From: Antedon mediterranea
Taxonomy: Eukaryota; Animalia; Echinodermata
Direction of reading: 5' to 3'
Assembly: GCF_964355755.1 (NCBI RefSeq)
Contig: NC_092673.1
Coordinates: forward strand, 7,316,001 to 7,380,000
Length of the DNA: 64,000 nucleotides
The notes beneath the pieces are model-generated. The model was not told the origin of the DNA. It was given only the letters and a program-made list of their open reading frames with translations, and ran no database searches. The translations under genes and the position numbers were made by a program. Positions 51,601-59,993 of the stretch are shown here, in pieces; the stretch's first letter is position 1, and every line of letters begins with the position of its first letter.

Positions 51601-54254
51601 ATGTTTGGTCCAATAGAGAGAGCAAAGTTTATGATGTCATTTTGAATGCGTACTATGTCAGGAGGGGAATGACTGTCATCACTTGTGACCATCACGCTTG
51701 ATTAATTATTGCCTCCTTCCTTCCTGGTGAAAAAGCTCCCTAATATATAGCGATCAGGACACTGAGTGAGGGTTAGTTTTACACTACAGCTTTTTGTTTT
51801 CAACACTGTTTGTTGTTTTTTCCTTCACTGTAGATTCCAGAAGTATTACTCTGGGCTAGAGAGCAGTCAGAGAAATTGAGTCCAAATCTGACAATATTTA
51901 CAGAACATTTTAACAAGGTGTCATACTGGTGAGTATTAATAATTCATATCAATACAATAATTTGTATGTATGATTGTTGTTAATATCAAAAGGAAAATTA
52001 CATTATGCTGTTTCTTTTGCCTATAATATTTACGATGACAGGTTAGATTAAAAGCCAACAAACAGCCAAAGTCTACCTAGAAACACAGAATGTATTAACA
52101 CCACCGTTATACCGACATAACTAGAATTGTTTCTTTCATTTTTCAGGGTACGTTCACTTATCTTGCAAGAGAGCAGAGCTAGTGATCGGGAAAAGTTACT
52201 TTACAAGTTTATCAAGATTATGAAGGTTAGTACAATTGTTGATAGTAAAACATCCCGTAGGAATTTAAAAAAAATAATCCTTTATAAAGAGTCAGTAATG
52301 TTTGAAGACAGGTAACATACCAAGCCATACAGTAACATTAATAATATGACCTTCCCTATTACAGCAGAACTCCACTAAAGATGTCCCCCTTAATAAAGGT
52401 TCTACAGAATTTATTTACTTAAATTATACTATTTTTCCCCTCAACAGTATTTGCGGAAACTGAATAACTTTAATTCATATTTGGCAATATTATCAGCACT
52501 TGATTCAGCCCCAGTCAGGAGGTTAGACTGGCCTAGATCATACGTAGAGGTAAGCCTACCAACATATACAATCTGTTTCTGTACTTTTGTGTGGTTTTTT
52601 TTTATAATTGAATATGTTTATGCCACATATTGAGATTTGAAAAAGGACTTTATATAGAGCTTTACTATTAGCTATTGTGATGAACCAAATGCAGCTCCAA
52701 ACTGTGGTAAGGTAGCGTGTTTGTTAATACAGCCTTATACTCCATTAGGAGACATGGATGAACTATGTACCATAGCAGTGGGTCTATATGACAAGGTGGG
52801 CTGGTGGACACATCACTCAAAATCAATAACTAATAATTCCTTTTTCCACAACCTCAAAGAGTATTCTATTTTAAAACTATTCCTTCTTATTCCATTTAAA
52901 ACTAATCTTTCTTTTTCAGGATCTTAAGGAGTATTCTATTTTGATTGATAGTACCTCATCATTCCGTGCTTACAGAGCAGCTTTAGCAGAAGCTGAGCCT
53001 CCATGTATTCCATATCTGTAAGTAGCCTACGTACTGCCTACAAATATTGTAAATCATTTCGTATCCTTCAGTATTTATTGTACAGTATGACTATGAATCA
53101 TAACCATGTAGATGATTTCTCAGAAATAACATATTTTATTGTACCAGTACCTAATAATATTATTTCATTACTCTTGACTTGCATGTTTGACTATAACTAA
53201 TCTTTCTTTATAACAATCTTGATGTTTATGTACATCTAAAAAATTATTAAATTATCAGTACAGTATATGATGTACTAAACTGCAGACCTTTTAGACTCTA
53301 AAACATCTTGATTATATTGTTAGAGTACTATGACGTACCACAAACCATCACCATCAGCTCCCTTCTGATAACTGAGCCATTGGAAAAATGTACAATCAAA
53401 CTTTTAAAATATTGAATATCCAATAGACAAAGGTAAACAACAGTAATATTCTGAACAGTGGTGTAATGCAGATGTCTGAACACTAGTGGCTCCCAAGGTG
53501 TTTTGAGCCTTTTTCAACATATTTTAATGCATTTTTTACCTCCAGGCCTTATAATCTCCGGCACCCTGGGTTTAGCCATTGATTGCTCATTGAAAGTTAA
53601 AATTGTTAAGATTGTTGGATAGAAATTGAAAATTAAATAAAAATATTACCTTATTCTTTGCAGGGGATTAATTCTTCAAGATATCACATTCATTCACATT
53701 GGTAATCCAGATTCTTTGGAAGAAGGAATCATCAACTTCACTAAATGCTGGCAACATTTTACAATATTGGACAGCATGCGAAGATTTAAGCAATAGTAAG
53801 TAGTACAGCAAAGGTCTTGGCTGTGGCTAGGATAGTATTTTATTATATCAGTGTCATGTTTTGTGTGTTCTGATATACATTGCATTTAATAACCGTGTGT
53901 CACATAAAAACCAACAACATACAGTAACCCTAACTGTTCTTTAAACTACATTGTGATGTCATATGTTAAAGTTAGGTTAACGTGTTCCATTTTTGAAGGA
54001 TAACATGCTTGCTTATGTATATAGACTTTTAAATGTTACTTTTAAGGCTATAACCTAAAAAAGGTATACTTTTCATTACGATAAACCACCATTTACAATG
54101 ACACTGTTTTCTTTGCAGCCAATATGATAATCTGGGGAAGAAAGAAAACTTAATATCATTCTTCAACGGATTCAATGACTATCTGGATGAGGAGGCTATG
54201 TGGCAGCTCTCAAAAGCCATCAAACCACAAGGTGGAGGAGGCGGAGGCAATTAA
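12581..54254 (+). CDS. RAPGEF1: Rap guanine nucleotide exchange factor 1 (C3G) orthologue, spliced CDS of 20 exons, about 1049 aa
   Basis: Manually spliced GT-AG exons with consistent phases: 12581-12647 (tentative), 32598-32812, 41774-41834, 42211-42322, 43528-43794, 44629-44826, 45139-45755, 46546-46772, 47157-47266, 47881-48001, 48297-48369, 50217-50388, 50738-50920, 51288-51372, 51834-51928, 52147-52225, 52448-52549, 52920-53017, 53664-53795, 54119-54254 (3150 nt). Contains the C3G N-terminal helical domain (ALRWF...RVNQNLAKLIHWAD), Crk-SH3 motifs PPALPPKLR and PPALPEKRR, REM (GGPVDALIVYA, EAFLTSYRTF) and CDC25 (LNNFNSYLAILSALDSAPVRRLDW, PPCIPYLG) domains. Confidence 0.93.
13522..13886. 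mobile_element. piggyBac-type non-autonomous element (365 bp)
   Basis: Perfect 14-bp TIRs CACTTTGACTGCCA / TGGCAGTCAAAGTG flanked by TTAA on both sides. Confidence 0.88.
13965..14130. mobile_element. MITE with CA(G/A)GGCCGTAGC termini (hAT- or P-like)
   Basis: TIR CAAGGCCGTAGC / GCTACGGCCCTG; flanks GCTATGG / CCTATGG give a TSD of about 7 bp with one mismatch. Confidence 0.65.
15672..17544. mobile_element. Composite PIF/Harbinger-like non-autonomous element
   Basis: TIRs GGCCCGGTTTCTGCTGCCAA / TTGGCAGCAGAAACGGGGCC, 3-bp TSD CAA, subterminal ATATACCGTATA repeats; extra internal TIR copies near 16340 and 17461. Confidence 0.8.
16729..17141 (+). mobile_element. Possible solo LTR nested in the Harbinger-like element
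   Basis: TGTTAC...GCAACA termini, GT-rich body, AATAAA about 20 nt from the 3' end; TSD imperfect (CGCTA/CGATT). Confidence 0.4.
20787..20926. mobile_element. Harbinger-type MITE
   Basis: TIR AGCGCTGTCTACACTATCAAA / TTTGATAATATAGAC...AGAGCT with TTA on both sides; related fragment near 36125-36210. Confidence 0.7.
23108..23423 (+). repeat. Diverged direct duplication of about 170 bp (third partial copy at 23816-23903)
   Basis: AGTAATCAGAATATTATAAA...TTTCATTGTGTCAGACTAGTACAT present twice. Confidence 0.8.
28228..28490. repeat. Minisatellite of about 29 bp (TATATTCTCATGGTTACA plus T-rich spacer) within the Academ element
   Basis: About 9 imperfect copies visible. Confidence 0.85.
28650..30972 (-). 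pseudogene. Spliced Academ transposase N-terminal region fused to the acidic C-terminal tail
   Basis: Exons 30664-30972 (FHATCYRRYT), 30046-30216, 29849-29917, one starting at 29735, one ending at 29334, and 29089 onward (WPP...VPYELFNLI...KILSICQEILY, frameshift, GRRQTPKSLALGLTVR), then CE*DECENR plus a D/E-rich tail. Confidence 0.8.
32417..32539. mobile_element. Short MITE (CAAGGCCATAGCCAC termini); inverted relative at about 41148-41265
   Basis: Imperfect TIRs; internal similarity between the two copies. Confidence 0.5.
32598..32812 (+). CDS. RAPGEF1: RAPGEF1 coding exon (DSSNSSYASKTLPS...RNSMLK)
   Basis: tag| acceptor, AAG|gtaagg donor, open frame; basic Ser-rich segment like the N-terminus of vertebrate C3G. 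Confidence 0.8.
37146..37783. mobile_element. Degenerate TTAA-flanked (Kolobok-like) element; related fragment near 13190-13450
   Basis: TTAAAG...CTTTAA ends with weak TIR similarity; shared TTGCTTTAAATTA...TTTTTTCAGGTAAA...ATAACTATTATGT block. Confidence 0.4.
41774..41834 (+). CDS. RAPGEF1: RAPGEF1 exon, N-terminal domain (DVDRIRNAEKQVTLALRWFQ)
   Basis: Canonical splice sites; resembles C3G EKEVVSALRYF. Confidence 0.9.
42211..42322 (+). CDS. RAPGEF1: RAPGEF1 exon (VIDKEVMTMLSNTATKVLQEV...)
   Basis: Canonical splice sites; resembles C3G IDKKVLEMLPGSASKVLE. Confidence 0.9.
43109..43232. repeat. 11-bp tandem repeat (ATAGAGTACAG), about 11 copies
   Basis: Directly visible. Confidence 0.95.
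43528..43794 (+). CDS. RAPGEF1: RAPGEF1 exon (SEQSRVNQNLAKLIHWAD...)
   Basis: ORF track 43538-43798; resembles C3G SRVYQSLANLIRWSD and GVKELVRLT; splice sites present. Confidence 0.92.
43968..44492. repeat. Near-perfect inverted repeat: arms of about 168 bp (43968-44136 and 44325-44492) with AT-rich spacer of about 190 bp
   Basis: Arms reverse-complementary with only about 3 differences; lies in a RAPGEF1 intron. Confidence 0.95.
44629..44826 (+). CDS. RAPGEF1: RAPGEF1 exon, proline-rich region (PPLSPRE, PPPKPFLP)
   Basis: Phase 2/2 exon with canonical sites; PPPKP motif as in C3G. Confidence 0.9.
45139..45755 (+). CDS. RAPGEF1: RAPGEF1 exon, Crk-SH3-binding region (PPALPPKLR, PPALPEKRR, SDYEN/SDYDN)
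   Basis: cag| acceptor, A|gtgagt donor, open frame, PxLPxK motifs. Confidence 0.92.
46546..46772 (+). CDS. RAPGEF1: RAPGEF1 exon (INNYLGLIDGY...PPKLPAK)
   Basis: Phase-consistent, canonical sites, autoinhibitory-helix-like segment and PxLPxK motif. Confidence 0.88.
47157..47266 (+). CDS. RAPGEF1: RAPGEF1 linker exon (QERQRLYSTPE...)
   Basis: NAGNAG acceptor (cagcag), AG|gtacac donor; needed to keep the frame between neighbouring exons. Confidence 0.8.
47881..48001 (+). CDS. RAPGEF1: RAPGEF1 exon (GLENPAS...DVSEYLVRSEETPS)
   Basis: Canonical sites, phase-consistent. Confidence 0.87.
48297..48369 (+). CDS. RAPGEF1: RAPGEF1 exon, REM start (DGSPPIRGGPVDALIVYAAD)
   Basis: REM motif, canonical sites. 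Confidence 0.92.
50217..50388 (+). CDS. RAPGEF1: RAPGEF1 exon, REM (LVFYEAFLTSYRTFI...NAFFLLLRV)
   Basis: REM motif FLTSYRTF, canonical sites. Confidence 0.95.
50738..50920 (+). CDS. RAPGEF1: RAPGEF1 exon, REM end (LMDLVFQLLCDGDLSLAKILREKI)
   Basis: Resembles C3G LMELVFRLVCNGELSLARVLR; canonical sites. Confidence 0.95.
51288..51372 (+). CDS. RAPGEF1: RAPGEF1 exon, CDC25 start (EIAQQMTILDSELFLKIE)
   Basis: CDC25 motif, canonical sites. Confidence 0.95.
51834..51928 (+). CDS. RAPGEF1: RAPGEF1 exon (IPEVLLWAREQSEKLSPNLTIFTEHFNKVSYW)
   Basis: Closely resembles the C3G CDC25 segment; canonical sites. Confidence 0.96.
52147..52225 (+). CDS. RAPGEF1: RAPGEF1 exon (VRSLILQE...FIKIMK)
   Basis: CDC25 segment; canonical sites. 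Confidence 0.95.
52448..52549 (+). CDS. RAPGEF1: RAPGEF1 exon (YLRKLNNFNSYLAILSALDSAPVRRLDW)
   Basis: CDC25 signature; canonical sites. Confidence 0.96.
52920..53017 (+). CDS. RAPGEF1: RAPGEF1 exon (DLKEYSILIDSTSSFRAYRAALAEAEPPCIPY)
   Basis: CDC25 signature; canonical sites. Confidence 0.96.
53664..53795 (+). CDS. RAPGEF1: RAPGEF1 exon (GLILQDITFIHIGNPD...INFTKCWQHF)
   Basis: CDC25 helical hairpin; canonical sites. Confidence 0.96.
54119..54254 (+). CDS. RAPGEF1: RAPGEF1 last coding exon (...DYLDEEAMWQLSKAIKPQGGGGGGN*)
   Basis: Resembles the C3G C-terminus EEALWELSLKIKP; TAA at 54252-54254. Confidence 0.95.
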
Positions 54255-55509
54255 ACAGAGATAGATAAACAAACGTATTTTATATGCTGTGTAAATGCAT
54301 TGATGGTAACTGCCAGCAGATGGTAACACCTGTTGTGTCAACTCGGGCAGGTGGCAGAACCACAACTCCAGCCTAAACAGGTGTCTCAAACACCAGTGGC
54401 TGACACTATTCTTCAAGTGCAACTGTTTTAAGTGTGAAGGTATAATGTAAAACAATCTTTTCAACGAATTCACTTGATTTTATTGTCGAACGTGACATCA
54501 TTGAGTCAGTAATTCACCTACATCTGGGCATGTGTCAACATTAACCTTTCGTACAGGATGGATGGATAAGATATTATATCTGAATACAGAAAATATATCC
54601 AAAATGTTAACAGTTAACCAACTCTGCCTCTCTGTCAAAACTGTCATCTGTTAATATAAAAGCTGAAAAAGAGAACATACTCATTTATCTAAAACATGGT
54701 CGCTCTAAACAGTGCTTTATTTGAGCCACCTCTAGAACCATCCCATTTTTTATCTACCTCCAGTATCTAGCTGCTACTAGTTACATGAAGTATTGAAGAG
54801 ATCTGAAGAAGCTGTTCTGAAAACATCTACATAATTTGGAACAAAGATTATGTATCGCAAACATGCAATAAATGCCTGTTTCTGTTTACTGTTAGATAGG
54901 CAAATGCACTACTATTAAATTAGAAGACCACTAATATCTTCTTAACTGAAATATTTGCACATATTTTGTTCTAATAATGTGCAGAAAATAGATTTTTGAA
55001 GCTTGCCACATTTCTCTGAAATACTAAGAAGAGAAAAAGACAAAACCACTCTCAAAGAGTGTTATTCAGTTTGTTGCATCAACTCTCAGTGTCTAGAAAT
55101 AGTTATCAAATTTGTTGAAGAACTGCGTTAAACTGGACAGTATAAGACTTTTTGAAGTATCTTAACACAATATTCATTAAGAAGAGACATACCCTGGTTA
55201 ATAGGCTCTATTATAGTCTTGTGAAATATAGTTTTATTCGATAAATGTGCACATTTTCATAATTTAAACAGGTACAGAAATATATTCTGGCCTTTGTAGA
55301 GTTTTAGGTGCTTTTGGCATGTCTATACAACAACAGGGTAGTAGTTTAGGATTTTACAATTCATTAAATTAATAATGATACTTTTGTGTGGTCAGACAGT
55401 CACTGACAGACAGACATATATGACTTTTGATTAGTGATGACCAACAACTTGGGGACAATTGGGTGGAGAAGTTGGGATGCGATTGCTCGCCACCTTTGTG
55501 GTTTTTTAG

Positions 55510-55824
55510 GGGTCTGTTTCTGCTGTATAGTGCCGAATAAACTGTTTATTTAAAATATATAATTGTTAGGCCAACCACATTTCTGCTCAATTTCTGCTCC
55601 AAAATAAACTGTTTAAATGTGTGGTTGGTTATTAATAACAATGTTAATGTTACCCAAAATGCAAGATACTACAGCTATCAATCAAATAACTGTTATTTTG
55701 CGTTGCAGCTGAAAGTTTCACAGTGATAACCGGTTATTGAAAATATGTCCTATTTCTGTTACCAAGAAATTTGGGTTACCGTACTTTATTCATATGGGTT
55801 TTTTTTCGCAGCAGAAACAAATCC
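55510..55824. mobile_element. Degenerate Harbinger-like MITE in the RAPGEF1 3' region
   Basis: GGGTCTGTTTCTGCTG / CAGCAGAAACAAATCC termini, related to the TIR of 15672-17544. Confidence 0.55.
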
Positions 55825-56475
55825 AACGACCGACTACACATAAATGTGTACAGATCCTAAATCACAAATCAGTGTCAATCCTGTGACATAACAATGTGTG
55901 ATGTCATAATAAAACTATGACATCATACATGACATGATGTCATTATGTAAAATATGATGTCATATTTTATTGCTAGTATTGCTAGTATTTTGAATAGCAA
56001 ATACTGTTTCTTCCATGTTGATATTTGGTGCTGAAAAGTTTAATATTAACTAACAATATATTACTGGACCATTGTGTATTTTAACCTTCTGCGGAGGTCA
56101 CATTTTACATTTAATAAACTGATTGCAGTAGCAATATTTATATCTTTTTTATTAATTATAATATTATTTTATTGATTTATTATTGATTGACATAAGGTGC
56201 AAACAACTTTATTTATTAAAGTAAGTTAAAGAAATGTAAAATATACTGTAATTAATTTTGGTTACAGTAACTCATAGTACGGTATAGAATTAATTATTCT
56301 GTGATAAATTTAAACATTTAAGAGCATGGGGGAGACTTACAGTTCTTGTACAGTACATATTCCTTTCAAACTAAACAACTTTTAATTTTATTGAATGTTG
56401 ATTGAAGCAGTTTAATCTCCAGTTTAAATTTAGTTTTGAAACATTGTGCTGCATTTTGAATTTAAGTATTTTTAA

Positions 56476-56670
56476 GGGACCATGTCAAAATTATTCTGCT
56501 GCAGTTACTGCAGTAACTACATTTTGATTACTGTGTATACTATTATTATTATTTAGAAAGAATTGTTTGTGTATTCATACACTGTCTATTACAGTGACTG
56601 CCTCATACTTCTACATTGAAACAAGCTAAAACCATATATTACTGCAGTAGAATAATTCTGGCCTGATCCA
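56476..56670. mobile_element. Harbinger-type MITE (relative at about 41855-42030)
   Basis: GGGACCATGTCAAAATTATTCT / AGAATAATTCTGGCCTGATCCA termini with TAA on both sides; internal TTACTGCAGTAA palindromes. Confidence 0.65.
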
Positions 56671-57389
56671 TAAAGTTGGGAGTTTTTATACAAACGAATT
56701 TAAATATACAGTATCTCTTAATATAAATCAATTTATTCAATATGTAGATATACATATTTGTTTTGTATAATGATCACTTATTAACGTTGAAAGTATTTCA
56801 TATCATGTATAACAATGTGATGTAGCATGTGAGTTTTATAATTATTTCCTCAAACCTCAATAGAATGTGTTTAATCCAATTCATATGCTGAGTAAAGCCA
56901 ACTGGTTCTCCTTTCTTTATCTGGATTAGATATTATGTATATAGGCAAATTCCATAATACTGATTCATTATGTGCATTACATGTGACTTAGGAACATGTC
57001 AAAGATACAGATTTTGCTTTTTGCTTAAATACAGAAAATATTCTATATATCAGTCGATTTAGCTATTTTGTAACAAACATTCAAATGTTAATATCAGTTG
57101 GATAATGGCTGGGGAAAATACTTCTTAATTGAATAGTTTTTATTACATTATTAACAATTTTAGCTATAAACCTACTTATAAATACTTAATATCATCAGTA
57201 CCTCATATCATACTGTAAAACATAGAGTATATTCACAAATTTAACAGTACATATTTTTACAATGTTACACACTGATTCCATTTTTAAGTAAAAAAAACAC
57301 TCCAACCCATTATCATTCCATAAAATCATAAATGTCATTAGTACCTGCCCTGGTAATACCTTAGTGCTCTTGAATTTACATAATATTTT

Positions 57390-57785
57390 ATACCCTAGGA
57401 TTGGTGCTCTAGGATTAGTGCTGTGGAATTAGTACCCTGGGATTAGTGCTGTGGAATTAGTAACCTAGGATTAGTACTCTTGAATTAGTACCCTAAGATT
57501 AGTGCTCTGGAATTAGTACCCTAAGATTAGTGCTCTGGAATTAGTACCCTAGGATTAGTGCTCTAAAATTAGTACCATAGGATTAGTACTCTTCAATTAG
57601 TACCCTAGAATTAGTGCTGTGGAATTAGTAACCTAGGATTAGTACTCTTGAATTAGTACCCTAAGATTAGTGCTCTGGAATTAGTACCCTAGGATTAGTG
57701 CTCTAAAATTAGTACCATAGGATTAGTACTCTTCAATTAGTACCCTAGGATTAGTGTTCTGGAATTTTACCCTAGGATTAGTATC
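57390..57785. repeat. Minisatellite of 14-bp subunits forming a 28-bp dimer (ATTAGTGCTCTGGA ATTAGTACCCTAGG)
   Basis: Directly visible, with a higher-order duplication of about 140 bp. Confidence 0.93.
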
Positions 57786-59139
57786 CATACAGTACCACAA
57801 CATGCCTTTCCCTATTTTTGTTTAACTATGCAAGCAATGACCAAGCAAGGGATTATTTAAATTTTTTACATACATTTGAGATCATGTTACGCTTACAGTG
57901 TAAACATTTAAAATAACATAGCTTATTTATTTCTTTGTATTACTTATGCATACTACAGTACATTATTTTTTTAATAGTTGTTGGTTTTTCAATTACAAAA
58001 ACTCCTATATTCCGAAATAATTAACCAAAAATATATGTGTATGTACTTATATTTTATGCAGTGTTTTAAAGGTCCAATTTTCAACAACTTACCATCATTA
58101 TTAGTTTAGTGTCCTTTTACATCACAATTTACACTAAAGAGGCACTAGAAGCCACATGTAAACAATTGTGATGAAAGCAATGGTATGTGTCTAATATGAA
58201 ACAAAAACATGTCTTGGGAAAGCGGGTAGATATTACCTATACTAGTATATACCGTAGACACTACTCCAGTAATAAGTTTGAACCATGAAATTGGTGAAAA
58301 ATTGATATGGTTAATTTATACATTTGAATTTGGTATAATGTATTCCTTTTCTTAACCAAGTAATTTGATATTGCTAATATTAAAAAAAAGCAAAGAAGTT
58401 CTCAAATGAAATGTATTTAATGTAGACATCTAATACATTTGTACAGTAGTATATGCTCTGATGTTACTAATACGGATGTACTGTATAATTTGGTAGTTAC
58501 TTTACAAAAACGTAAGTAATTATCCTGTAAAAAAAACTTGGTATATTATTTTATAACTATTTGTATAGTAGACCTATGACCGACACATTAATATTGTATA
58601 TATTTTAGACTGCTGTGTATACAAAATGATACAGGAAAAAACATATTTATCAATATTAAGATTTCCTTTATATATTATTGTTTTTTTTAACCTTTGAAAG
58701 GATTCCTGTTTTCTTAATATTCATTATTTCTAATGCATATATCATGTAAAACATGGGTGCAGACCTGTAATATACAGACCTGTAACGGTGATCTGCGCCC
58801 ATGAAATTATTAGTGACTTTGTCACGAACAAAATGTTTGAGGTATACAGTTAGAGTAATCTGAAAGAATTTGATTTAGAAAATAAAGTCGATATACAATT
58901 ACAAATAAAATAAATATGTATGATAAATTATTTCTAGTTTGTCTATATTTTGTGTAATTTGTTGTAAAAAACTTCCTGATCTATCTATATGCCGAGAAAA
59001 AAAATCCTAACCCTTTTATATTATGAAAACTAAATTGTATGAGTTGACACCATAGGATAATAATCTAATACATGTGCACATTTTAGTGCATAATTAGTTT
59101 CAGGATTTTATTGAAAAGCCCAAAGGTGTTGTTCATTAA

Positions 59140-59374
59140 AGGGCGCGTGTCGCAGTGTGTTGGATGTTGGACGACTGATCTTGAGATAGTAGGTTCGAAT
59201 GCAATGCTTGTCGCGTTGCTTGTATCCTTCGACAAGACACTTCTGTCCACCCAGGTGCACTGATTACTAGCTGCTTTTTGGGAGTATGTTTCCATACACG
59301 TTTGATACAAAATGACTGGAATAAAAAATATGTACAGCGCTACGATTTCAGAGATAAATAATAATAATAATAAT
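59140..59374 (+). mobile_element. tRNA-derived SINE
   Basis: A-box-like GTCGCAGTGTGTTGG, B box GGTTCGAAT, central GTATCCTTCGACAAGACACTT...CTGTCCACCCAGGTG block typical of conserved-core invertebrate SINEs, (AAT)n tail. Confidence 0.7.
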
Positions 59375-59993
59375 ATCCTGGATTTATAAAGTGAATAATA
59401 TCGTGAAGCGCTAACAAAGAAGAAAAAGAAACCCAAACCGAATTATGGAGATACGCTCTCATCGATAACCAAGGTTTGGTCTAATGATCCTGACAGTGTT
59501 GAGGAATTTGACATAAAGAAATGGATAATACGTTTTGACTTTTTTGCATTAAAACATCAACATACACATAGTAATATTAAAATATTTACACATTTATTTG
59601 ACAAAGAATGTATAAAAATACATGCTGAGTGTTAGACCAATGTTTCACAAATCATTTATATATTACTTTCATTCAAATGAATAGGAAATCTTCATTTATT
59701 CATTTTGGCGCTTTGCAGTGTACAACAAATGGAAAATTCTTCAAATTGTACATTGACAAATGCTGATAAACTGCTGCTGAAACTGAAAATTGAATCTCAG
59801 TACAGTATTACTGATAGTGTTACTGTTTTAACATTAAAAAATAGTTGTTACATAGTTGTTTTCTTAATTGTACAACAAATCATATTTATTAAAAAAAATT
59901 TTTAAAACCCGTAACACTAAGAGCAAAACAGAGTCAGGAAAATCGCTAAACTATGCTTAATATCTCTTAGGATAATGATGTGCTCATTCCTGA

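Noticed and set aside
58752-58803. Short element with CATGGGTGCAGA / TCTGCGCCCATG inverted ends
   Set aside because: No clear TSD; too small and degenerate to classify.
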